NCBI GenBank assembly: GCA_963726335.1
Contig: CAVSCD010000011.1
Location: 787,449 to 851,448, forward strand
Length of the DNA: 64,000 nucleotides
DNA from: Candidatus Aminicenantes bacterium
GTDB lineage: Bacteria; Acidobacteriota; Aminicenantia; Aminicenantales; UBA8522
Direction: 5' to 3'
The translations under genes were made by a program, and so were the position numbers. The notes below the pieces were generated by a model. It worked only from the letters and a program-made list of their open reading frames with translations. It did no database searches and had not been told where the DNA came from. Below are positions 56,424 through 64,000 of this stretch, in pieces (the first letter of the stretch is position 1; each line of letters opens with the position of its first letter).

Positions 56424-57415
56424 ACGACGCCATGTCCAGACCGATCTCGCGCCGGAAGTTCCTGGGGATGTCGGCCGGACTGGCCGGGACGGCGCTTGTC
56501 GGCTGCGGCCGGGGATCCGCCCCCGCCGGCCGGGCTCGCGTGGCGGTCGTCAAGGCTCCCCGGTACTCCCTCGAGATCAAGACCCTGTTGGCGCCGCATT
56601 TCCGCCAGTTCGGGCTGTCGTTGAACGGCAAGTCCGTCCTCCTGAAGCCCAACCTCGTGGACTGCCACGGCGGCGAACATCACATCTTCACCCATCCGAC
56701 CGTCCTGGCCGCGGCCATCGAGCTTTTCGGGGACTTGGGCGCCAAGGTCAGGGTGGGCGAAGCCTCGGGCCTTCGCCGCGACACCAACACGATCCTTGCC
56801 GATTCAGGGTACAAGGAGATCCTGGCGAAGTACGGCGTGCCGTTCGTCGACCTCAACCTCGACGATGTCGAGAGGACGCCCATCCCCTCCAACCTCACCG
56901 GGCTCAAGGACCTCTTCATCCCCCGGACAGTGCTGACGTCCGACTTCATCGTCTCCATGCCGAAGCTCAAGACCCACCACTGGGCCGGGGTGACCCTCTC
57001 CCTCAAGAATATGCTGGGCGTACTGCCCGGGATCAAGTACGGCTGGCCGAAGAACCGCCTGCACACGATCGGCCTCAACGAAGCCATCGTCGACGTGGGC
57101 TATACGGTCCGTCCGGACTTCGCGATCATCGACGGGGTCTACGGGATCGAGGGCAACGGGCCGCTCTTCGGCGACAACAAGTTCGCCGGAGCGCTGATCA
57201 TGAGCGACGATTTTCTGGCGGCCGACACGGTCGCCTGCCGCATCATGGGCGTCAACCCCGGCAAAGTCGAGTATCTGAAGCTCGCGGCCCGCACCCTCGC
57301 CGGGAGCGTCCCGAAGCTCGGCAACTCGGAGGACATCGAAGTGGCGGGCGCGGCGGTCGCCTCCGTGCGGCAGGATTTCAAGCTCCTGGACGAGTTCCGG
57401 CGGCTTCGCCTGTAG
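56420..57415 (+). CDS. DUF362 domain protein with twin-arginine (Tat) signal peptide
   Basis: SRRKFLGMSAGLAGTALVGC Tat motif; DUF362-like core (FIVSMPKLKTHHWAGVTLSLKNMLG). Confidence 0.6.
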   Translation: MNDAMSRPISRRKFLGMSAGLAGTALVGCGRGSAPAGRARVAVVKAPRYSLEIKTLLAPHFRQFGLSLNGKSVLLKPNLVDCHGGEHHIFTHPTVLAAAIELFGDLGAKVRVGEASGLRRDTNTILADSGYKEILAKYGVPFVDLNLDDVERTPIPSNLTGLKDLFIPRTVLTSDFIVSMPKLKTHHWAGVTLSLKNMLGVLPGIKYGWPKNRLHTIGLNEAIVDVGYTVRPDFAIIDGVYGIEGNGPLFGDNKFAGALIMSDDFLAADTVACRIMGVNPGKVEYLKLAARTLAGSVPKLGNSEDIEVAGAAVASVRQDFKLLDEFRRLRL

Positions 57416-57428
57416 CCGCGGCCGTTCT

Positions 57429-59840
57429 CTATTCGTTCTTGGGAACGCGCCGGCCGCCTGCCGAAGTCGATACCTTGAGGGTTGACCCATCTGTCGCGAT
57501 ACGGACGGCCCCCTCTTCATCCGTCCTCAAGACCCGGGCGCCGCGCTCCAGGTATCGTGCGATGATGTCGGGGTGGGGGAGCCCGTAGAGATTACCCCGG
57601 CCGGCGGTGACGACGACGATTTCGGGCCGGACCGCGTCGAGGAAGGCCGGGGAGCTCGACGTCCGGCTGCCGTGGTGGGGGGCCTTGAGGACGCGGGCTC
57701 GCATATCCGCCTCTCCCTCGATGAGCTCGGCCTCGGCGCCGGACCCGATATCGCCGGGAAGCAGGAAGGACTGCGTGCCCATGGCGATCTTGAGGACCAG
57801 CGATTGATCGTTGGCGACATCCTTGAGGCTTGGCGCTCCCGGCTCCGGATGGAGCGCCTCGACCAAGACCTTTCCTTCCCGGCGGCTGAACCCGCGGCCC
57901 ACGGTGCGCCGTTCCGCGGACGGCTCGAGATTCCGCGCCAATTCCTCGTAGGCCGGGTTTCCGGCGGGCGGCCGGACCGCCTCCCAGAATTCGCCGATAC
58001 GGAAATTGCGCGCGACCGATTTCAATCCATTGAGGTGGTCGGGATGGCCGTGGGTGAGGACGAGGTAATCGAGCTTTTTCACGCCCAGGTCCCAAAGATA
58101 ACGGGAGACGACGAGCTCGCCGATGTCCAGGCTGTCGTCCGCCACCCCGCCCCCGTCGATGAGCATCTTTTTCCGTCCGGGGAACTCGACCAGGATCGAA
58201 TCCCCCTGTCCGACGTCGAGGAAGGTGATCTCGAGGCCCCGTGACGAGCGCGGCGGAAAGGGATAAGTGACCAGGACCGCGGCGAAGACGATAAAAACGC
58301 CCAGGCTGACGAGCCTCTGACCCTTGAACCGGGGCCGGAGCAGGATGAGCAGCAGAAAGACGAAATAGCCGGCGACCGTGAGGAGATGGGGCGTCGGGAT
58401 CCTATAGGAAAGAAAGGGCAGCGGATCGGCGAGGCCCGTCGTCCAGAGAAAGGCGCGGACGAAAAAGGCCAGCGCGGGGACCATCAGGCGCGCGGCGAAC
58501 GAACTGACGAGCGCCGCCCCCAGGAAGACGAACCCGAGCGCCATGAGCAGGCCGGTCAGCGGGATGGCCAGGAAGTTCAGCAGCAGGCCCGAGAACGTCA
58601 CCCGGTGGAACGAGCGCGCCAGAAAGGGCATGACGCCGAGCTGGGCCGTTACGGACAGGGCGAACAGCTCGCCGATCTTCAAGGGAAGACGCGGCAGGAG
58701 GCGTATCACCTTGGGATAGAAAAGTATTATGGACAGGGTGGCCGCGAAGGTCAGCTGGAAGCCCATGTCGAAAAGATAGAAGGGGTTGACGACGAGGAGC
58801 AGGCCGGCGCTGAAGGAGATCGTGTTGAGGACGCGGCTGTTCTTCCACAGCAGCTTCCCGGCGAGGAAAACGATCGTCATGATCACGGCGCGGAACACCG
58901 AGGCGCGGCCCTCCACGAGGATCGCGTAGAGAGCGAGGACGAGGATGAGCGCCGCGTAGGCCAGGCGCTTGGGGAGGCGGAGCAGGCTGAGCGCCGAAAA
59001 GAGGAGGAAGGCGATCACGGCGATGTGCGCTCCCGAGATGGCGATGATGTGATACAGGCCGGAGCGCTGCAGCGCGGCCGTCGTGGCGGGGGAGAGACGG
59101 CCCCGTTCGCCGAGGAGCAGCGCCTCGAAGACGGCGCCCTCCTGAGTCAGGGCGGTGCCGTCCGCGGTGGAGAAGAACTTTTCGATCTTTTCCTGCCAGG
59201 CGAGCCGGACGGAAGAGATGGCGCCGAGGAACGGAGGCCCGCCCTTCCCCGGGAGCTTCTCGACGAGCAGGGCGCTCTTGGTGACGGCGTGATTGTGGAT
59301 CCCCTGGTTCTTCCGGAGGTCGGCGAGCCCCGATTCGTTGAAGTTCCGGAAGTCGCGCCGGGGCAGGACGCGGGCGGAGACCTTGACCCGGTCGCCGGCC
59401 CTCAGCCGGAGCGGAGACGGGAACTTGTCCGGATGCAGGACCGTGACGCGGAGATTTCCCCGGGCTTCGGTGTCCCGGTTCGAAAAAGAGATCCTTTCGA
59501 CGTTCAGGTAGAGATAGGTCTTGCCGACCGCGAACCCCGGCGACCTGAAGAGGCGCCCGGTGAAGTCCGCATAGTCGGCGATGGCGAACTGCTTGACCGG
59601 GTTTTTCTCGTAATCGTCGTTCGCCCGCGAATACAGTCCGGACCCGAGACACAACGCGGTGAACAGGACGGCCGCGAAGGCGGTCCGCTCCCTTCGCGTC
59701 AGGTAAGCCGTCCAGCCCGCCGCCAGGCCGGCGGCGATCCCGCCGGCGATGAGCGCCGGGGAGACGGGCAGAAGCGAAGCCAGCAGGATGCCCGCGGCGA
59801 GAGACACTGACAAAAAGAGGAAAGGGAACGGCGTGGCCAT
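57429..59840 (-). CDS. comEC: DNA internalisation competence protein ComEC/Rec2 (with C-terminal metallo-beta-lactamase domain)
   Basis: 803 aa; DUF4131 N-terminus, competence membrane domain, C-terminal MBL fold (HGHPDH...HHGS). Confidence 0.85.
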   Translation of the reverse strand: MATPFPFLFLSVSLAAGILLASLLPVSPALIAGGIAAGLAAGWTAYLTRRERTAFAAVLFTALCLGSGLYSRANDDYEKNPVKQFAIADYADFTGRLFRSPGFAVGKTYLYLNVERISFSNRDTEARGNLRVTVLHPDKFPSPLRLRAGDRVKVSARVLPRRDFRNFNESGLADLRKNQGIHNHAVTKSALLVEKLPGKGGPPFLGAISSVRLAWQEKIEKFFSTADGTALTQEGAVFEALLLGERGRLSPATTAALQRSGLYHIIAISGAHIAVIAFLLFSALSLLRLPKRLAYAALILVLALYAILVEGRASVFRAVIMTIVFLAGKLLWKNSRVLNTISFSAGLLLVVNPFYLFDMGFQLTFAATLSIILFYPKVIRLLPRLPLKIGELFALSVTAQLGVMPFLARSFHRVTFSGLLLNFLAIPLTGLLMALGFVFLGAALVSSFAARLMVPALAFFVRAFLWTTGLADPLPFLSYRIPTPHLLTVAGYFVFLLLILLRPRFKGQRLVSLGVFIVFAAVLVTYPFPPRSSRGLEITFLDVGQGDSILVEFPGRKKMLIDGGGVADDSLDIGELVVSRYLWDLGVKKLDYLVLTHGHPDHLNGLKSVARNFRIGEFWEAVRPPAGNPAYEELARNLEPSAERRTVGRGFSRREGKVLVEALHPEPGAPSLKDVANDQSLVLKIAMGTQSFLLPGDIGSGAEAELIEGEADMRARVLKAPHHGSRTSSSPAFLDAVRPEIVVVTAGRGNLYGLPHPDIIARYLERGARVLRTDEEGAVRIATDGSTLKVSTSAGGRRVPKNE

Positions 59841-59965
59841 TCAGATGACGATCGTTTCCCGGTGCGTTCCAGGAACCGTTCTCGGGGCGTCGGAAATCTT
59901 ACCCAGCGGCGCTTCGTTCGAGGCGGCGGAGATCACGAACGCTGGGAGATCATCGGGTCAGTCGC

Positions 59966-60292
59966 TTATTCCTTGCTGTCCTCTTCGCTGTAGCCTTCGG
60001 GCGGCTTGGCGGCGATCTCTTCTTTTTTCTTTTCGATGAAGTCCTTGATGGCGTCGATGCCTTCCTGCGCCTTTTCCTTCACGACCTGGATGCCCTTTTC
60101 GGCTTCCCGGCTGATCTTCTCGTAGCCTTCCTTGGCCTTTTCGCCCGTCTTGACGGCTTGCACCTTGATCTTCTGCCGCGTCTCCTTGCCGCTGGCCGGG
60201 GCGAAGAGAACCCCCAGGACGAAACCGGCGGCCGCTCCGATCAGGAAAGACAAAGCCGTTTCCAGCCCGCTCGAGCCCTTGTTATCTCCCAT
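59966..60292 (-). CDS. YtxH-like small membrane-associated protein
   Basis: 108 aa; N-terminal hydrophobic segment, K/E-rich helical region. Confidence 0.45.
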   Translation of the reverse strand: MGDNKGSSGLETALSFLIGAAAGFVLGVLFAPASGKETRQKIKVQAVKTGEKAKEGYEKISREAEKGIQVVKEKAQEGIDAIKDFIEKKKEEIAAKPPEGYSEEDSKE

Positions 60293-60653
60293 CTTTCTTC
60301 TCCTTTCTTTTCCTCATCCTTTTCCAGAAAAACATCATCGCGGGATAGACCAGCGGCCAGTAGTTGGCGGCCGGCTTGAGAACCCTCGTCGCGAGGAACA
60401 TGGAGGCCTGGGACAAGTTGACAGCGGTGTCTTTGGACGCATTCACGAGCTCGCCCAGGTCTTCGACCTTGGCCTTGACGACCAGGTCCAGTTCATTCAG
60501 GTTCTCGGCGAGCCGCTTCATTTCGACGAGCGCCTTTTCGCCTTCGCCCGCGGTCCTTCTCAGCTGGATGAGTAACCGCACGAGAAAGACCGCGACGATG
60601 ACGGCGGCGACCGTCAGAATGAGGAACAGGACCTGATTGAGGGTTAAATTCAT
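60282..60653 (-). CDS. DUF948-like membrane protein
   Basis: 123 aa; N-terminal TM helix then coiled-coil; overlaps downstream gene. Confidence 0.45.
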   Translation of the reverse strand: MNLTLNQVLFLILTVAAVIVAVFLVRLLIQLRRTAGEGEKALVEMKRLAENLNELDLVVKAKVEDLGELVNASKDTAVNLSQASMFLATRVLKPAANYWPLVYPAMMFFWKRMRKRKEKKDGR

Positions 60654-60723
60654 CTTGACTCATTAATAAACCAATTCAGGAGGGTTTGTCAATTGAAGAA
60701 ACGCGCTCGTCTTCGCCCCGGCA

Positions 60724-61716
60724 CTATTGGCGCTTATGGAGGAGGTAAATGAATATCGGAGCGCCCAGCGCGGCGGTGATGATGCCGATGGGGAGCTCGG
60801 TCGGGGAGAGGAGAGTGCGGGCCAGAAGGTCGCAGGCGACGAGGAAAACCCCGCCCGCCAGGGAAGAGAGCCCGAAGAGATACCGGTGGTCGGGGCCGAC
60901 CAGGATCCGGACGCCGTGGGGCACGACGAGCCCGACGAACCCGATGACTCCGGCGACGGAGACGGAAACGGCGGCCAGCAGGGTCGCCACCGCGAGGTAG
61001 GCCTGGCGCACCCGCTCGACCGGGCTGCCCATCGACCGGGCCGCTTCGTCTCCGAGAACGAGGAGGTTCATGTCCTTGGCCAGCCACTGGGCGACGAGCA
61101 GGCTGACCAAAAGCTGGGGCGCGATGGAAAAGACCTGGCGCCAGTCCGCAAGCTGCACGCTGCCCAGAAGCCAGAAGACCGCCTGTTCAAAGGAATCCGA
61201 CCGGAGGAACAGGAGAAAAGAGGTCAGCGACGAGGCCAGCGCTCCCGCCGAGATCCCGGTCAGGAGCAGTGTCTCGACCTTGAAAACCGACTTCCTCTGG
61301 GACAGCAAGTAAACGGCGATGACCAGCGCGAACCCGGTGGCGAAAGCGAACAGGCTCTGGACGGGCACTCCGAAAGCGACAGTCTGGAGCCCGAGCGCCA
61401 GGCAGAGAACGGCGCCGAACGAGGCGCCGGAAGACACGCCGACGACGAACGGGTCGGCCAGCGGATTCTGGAAGTAGCCCTGGAGGATGGCGCCAGAGAG
61501 GGACAAGCAGGCGCCGACCAGGAAAGCCAGGATGGCGCGGCAGAGGCGGAGGTCGAGAAAGATCGTCGCGTAGCTCTTGTCGCCGTGGACGAGGAAATTC
61601 CAAAGGTCGCGGGGGCTCGTCGGGGCGGGCCCGGTGAGCAGGGACAGTCCGAGGACCGCGGCCAGGAGGACGAGAAGAGCCAGCAGCAGGACCGGTCTCT
61701 TTATCCGGGTCTTCAT
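60724..61716 (-). CDS. Iron-siderophore/cobalamin ABC transporter permease (FecCD/BtuC family)
   Basis: 330 aa, 9-10 TM segments, FecCD signature near C-terminus. Confidence 0.85.
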   Translation of the reverse strand: MKTRIKRPVLLLALLVLLAAVLGLSLLTGPAPTSPRDLWNFLVHGDKSYATIFLDLRLCRAILAFLVGACLSLSGAILQGYFQNPLADPFVVGVSSGASFGAVLCLALGLQTVAFGVPVQSLFAFATGFALVIAVYLLSQRKSVFKVETLLLTGISAGALASSLTSFLLFLRSDSFEQAVFWLLGSVQLADWRQVFSIAPQLLVSLLVAQWLAKDMNLLVLGDEAARSMGSPVERVRQAYLAVATLLAAVSVSVAGVIGFVGLVVPHGVRILVGPDHRYLFGLSSLAGGVFLVACDLLARTLLSPTELPIGIITAALGAPIFIYLLHKRQ

Positions 61717-62618
61717 GGCTCTGCGGGAAAACTTTCCGGATGGAGGATGCGGGCGACATCGGCCAGCGCCTGGAAGAGACGCGGCCCGAACCGGGTGGCG
61801 ATGTTCTCATCCAGGAATTGAATGTTCCGGGTCCGGACGGCTTCGACCGTCTCCAGGCGAGAGTCCGCCATGATCCGGTCCCTCGCTGAATTGAATTCCG
61901 CGCGGTCCTTGGCCATGATAATGATGACCTCGGGGTTGTCGTGCACCAGCTGCTCCCGGGTGAGGTTCAGCCAGCGGCGGTGGATCGCGCCGGCGATATT
62001 GACCCCTTTGGCCTGAACGATGAGGTCGTTGAGGTAGCTATCGGACCCGCAGGTCCATAGCCCCTGCCATGGGAGAGAGAGGAAGACCCGGGGGGTGTTC
62101 GTGACATCTCCCAGAGCGGCCTCCACCCGGCGGCGCTCTTCGTCGAGGTTTTGGCAAAGGCTGTCGGCGGCCTCGCTCCTGAAGGTGAGCCGGCCCATTT
62201 TCCTGACCATTTCAGGGACGCCGGCGAGGGTGTTGCCGGAATCGAAAACGAATACGGGAAAATCCAGGCTCCTGAGCTTGTTCACAACCCCGATCGGGTT
62301 TCCCCGGAAGGCGATGACCAGGTCGGGGTGCAGGATCTCGATCTTTTCGAGGCTCGGGTCCACCAGGCCGCCCACCTTTTCCCTTTTCCCGGCCTCCGGC
62401 GGATGATCGCAGAAGCGGGTGACGCCCACGATCTGCGGTCCCAAGCCAAGGGCGAAAAGGCACTCGGTGATATTGGGCGCGAGCGAGACGATCCGCCGCG
62501 GCGGGCCCACCAGGCTGAAGGGATGACCCAGATCATCTTTGAGGACCGCGTTCTGTCCCCGGGCGGCCGGGCACGGACCCGCGAAAATCAGGGCGAGCCA
62601 GAGGAGAAGGGCCGGCAT
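61713..62618 (-). CDS. Periplasmic substrate-binding protein of iron/B12 ABC transporter (BtuF/FecB-like)
   Basis: Start at MPALLLWLALIFAG signal peptide; class III PBP fold motifs (IVSLAPNITECLFALG); 301 aa. Confidence 0.75.
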   Translation of the reverse strand: MPALLLWLALIFAGPCPAARGQNAVLKDDLGHPFSLVGPPRRIVSLAPNITECLFALGLGPQIVGVTRFCDHPPEAGKREKVGGLVDPSLEKIEILHPDLVIAFRGNPIGVVNKLRSLDFPVFVFDSGNTLAGVPEMVRKMGRLTFRSEAADSLCQNLDEERRRVEAALGDVTNTPRVFLSLPWQGLWTCGSDSYLNDLIVQAKGVNIAGAIHRRWLNLTREQLVHDNPEVIIIMAKDRAEFNSARDRIMADSRLETVEAVRTRNIQFLDENIATRFGPRLFQALADVARILHPESFPAEP

Positions 62619-62626
62619 CCTGCAGC

Positions 62627-63422
62627 CTACGGCGCCGGCCTCTGTCTCGGCACGAGGGAGATCTCGGGGAGTCTGGAGTGGAGATTCTCCCGGATGTCCA
62701 CATCCGCCAGGAAAACATCCTTGATCCGGGAGCGTGTGACCATCTCGGCCGGCGCGCCTTGGGACCTGATCCGCCCGTCCTTGAGGAAAACGATCTTCTG
62801 GGAGAACGGCACGACGAGGTTGATGTTGTGCTCGGCGCAGAGGATGGTCTTTCCCCGCTCCTTTTGGAGCCTCTCCAGGACCTGGAAGATCTCCAAGCCG
62901 TAATTGATATCCAGGTGGGAGCTGGGCTCGTCGAGCAACAGAAGAGGTGTGTCCTGGGCCAGGGCCCGGCCGATGTACACGCGCTGGCGCTCGCCCCCGC
63001 TCAGATGGGCGATTCTCTTTCCGGCCAGATGGCGGATCTCGAGCATGTCCAGGACATCGTCCAATGATCGTCCGGTCTTCGGCTGACAGCCCGGCGAAGC
63101 GCTGCTGGCGGGCGTATCGCCCCATGGTCAGGACCTCGAGGACGCTGAACTCGAACGTCAGGTCGAAAAACTGGGGGACGAAGGCCACCAGCCGCGCGAT
63201 CTCCCGGCGGCCCATGCCGGAGAGGTTCCGGCCGGCGAGGAAGACTTCGCCCCCGGTGTCATTCAGGAGGCCCTGGATCGCCCGGATCAGCGTGCTCTTG
63301 CCGGAGCCGTTCGGACCCAGGATGGAGACGAATTCGCCCTCCTCGAGGGCGAGATCGACTTCCCGGATAACTGGAGCGCCGCCGTATCCGGCGGACAGGC
63401 CCCTGGTTTCCAATATCGGCAT
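62627..63422 (-). pseudogene. ABC transporter ATP-binding protein (FecE-like), interrupted by a +1 frameshift
   Basis: Walker A GPNGSGKST from ATG at 63422; Q-loop/signature LSGGERQRV and Walker B LLLLDEP continue in another frame from about 63060. Confidence 0.6.
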
Positions 63423-63560
63423 GGCATAGTGTATGTAACCCGTTTGTCCCTGAAAAATCAAGAACAGCCCCGGGGTTGACATCGCGCAGGGTTGAATCTA
63501 ATATTGAGCATCAGCTCGCAAATTTAAGATAAATCAAGAAATTATCGGCAGGTCCAAGCG

Positions 63561-64000
63561 ATGAAAGACTCCTATCCATTCCGCGAGATCGAGGCCAAGT
63601 GGCAGGGCGCCTGGGAGGAGAAGGCGGTGTTCGAGGCCGCCGAAGACCCCGGCCGCCCGAAGTATTACTGCCTCGAGATGTACCCCTATCCTTCGGGCAG
63701 GATCCACATGGGTCATGTCCGGAACTATTCCATCGGCGACGTCCTCTCCCGTTTCTGGCTGATGAGGGGCTTTAATGTCCTCCATCCGATCGGCTGGGAT
63801 GCCCTCGGGATGCCCGCCGAAAACGCGGCCATCAAGCACGGGATCCACCCGCAGAAGTGGACCCTCGACAACATCGCGAATATGAAGAGCCAGCTCAAGC
63901 GGCTCGGGTTCAGCTACGACTGGTCGAGGGAGGTCAACACCTGCCTGCCCGAATACTACAAGTGGAACCAGTGGATTTTTCTGAAGATGCTCGAGAGGGG
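63561..64000 (+). CDS. leuS: Leucyl-tRNA synthetase (N-terminal part; 3' end outside window)
   Basis: [15 protein letters not shown]...[23 protein letters not shown]-motif region typical of LeuS. Confidence 0.9.
   Translation, partial: MKDSYPFREIEAKWQGAWEEKAVFEAAEDPGRPKYYCLEMYPYPSGRIHMGHVRNYSIGDVLSRFWLMRGFNVLHPIGWDALGMPAENAAIKHGIHPQKWTLDNIANMKSQLKRLGFSYDWSREVNTCLPEYYKWNQWIFLKMLER

Noticed and set aside
59966-60653. YtxH/DUF948-like small gene pair as a possible toxin-antitoxin or novel system
   Set aside because: Both resemble common general-stress membrane-associated proteins; nothing beyond ordinary features visible
61713-63482. Single 589-aa ORF spanning the ABC ATPase and the periplasmic binding protein
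   Set aside because: Chimera: ATPase N-terminus, then about 100 codons of out-of-frame read-through (P/R/G-rich), then the binding-protein gene whose own ATG/signal peptide starts at 62618. The ATPase C-terminal half lies in another frame (62627-63064).
1-64000. Search for CRISPR arrays, IS elements/transposases, integrases or prophage genes
   Set aside because: No direct-repeat/spacer array, no transposase- or integrase-like ORF found. Only the tRNA pair next to the BMC locus hints at possible horizontal acquisition.

Overview
High-GC (about 65%) Gram-negative chromosomal segment, densely coded, with no CRISPR array, IS element or integrase recognisable. All identifications below are from reading the translations against remembered family motifs; no database search was run.

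Main blocks, in order:
1. 1-14.8 kb, housekeeping: MurNAc-recycling pair (NamZ-like plus MurQ/GCKR-like), dCMP deaminase, tatC/tatA, C-terminal processing protease, and an SHMT-like/purD/purE/mtaB/mutL cluster.
2. 17.5-17.7 kb: two minus-strand tRNA genes, Arg(TCT) and Pro(TGG).
3. 17.8-26.0 kb: a complete 12-gene bacterial microcompartment (BMC) operon on the minus strand, of the aldolase-associated (PVM-like) kind. It has a class II aldolase with terminal extensions, an acylating aldehyde dehydrogenase, PduL, acetate kinase, a PduS-like Fe-S flavoprotein, three BMC-H, one BMC-T and three BMC-P shell genes.
4. 26.3-34.5 kb: a type IV pilus cluster, pilB-pilT-pilC-pilS-pilR plus two tandem GspG-like pilins behind a near-consensus sigma-54 promoter. 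pilS and pilR carry single-base frameshifts.
5. 34.6-53.6 kb: a glycoconjugate/envelope region. Three GT-C-fold membrane glycosyltransferases (two TMTC/PMT-like with TPR tails, one ArnT-like) sit with two polyprenyl-phosphate-sugar synthase-type GT2 genes, a further GT2, a B12-binding radical SAM enzyme, a SAM methyltransferase and a UDP-glucuronate decarboxylase (UXS). UXS, a GT2 and the ArnT-like gene appear co-transcribed downstream of lpxK-lpxL-rph. I read this as a candidate pentose (xylose?) modification system for lipid A or for protein (pilin) O-glycosylation, which I believe is not a described pathway. An aspartate aminotransferase fused to an HprK/PEPCK-like P-loop domain lies in the same region.
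6. 53.9-64.0 kb: a lipoprotein, a decayed prenyltransferase-repeat gene, a DUF362 Tat protein, ComEC, an iron/B12-type ABC transporter and the start of leuS.

About ten single-base frameshifts cluster in pilS/pilR, two adjacent GT2 genes, the prenyltransferase-repeat gene and the ABC ATPase. They may be assembly errors or true pseudogenes.
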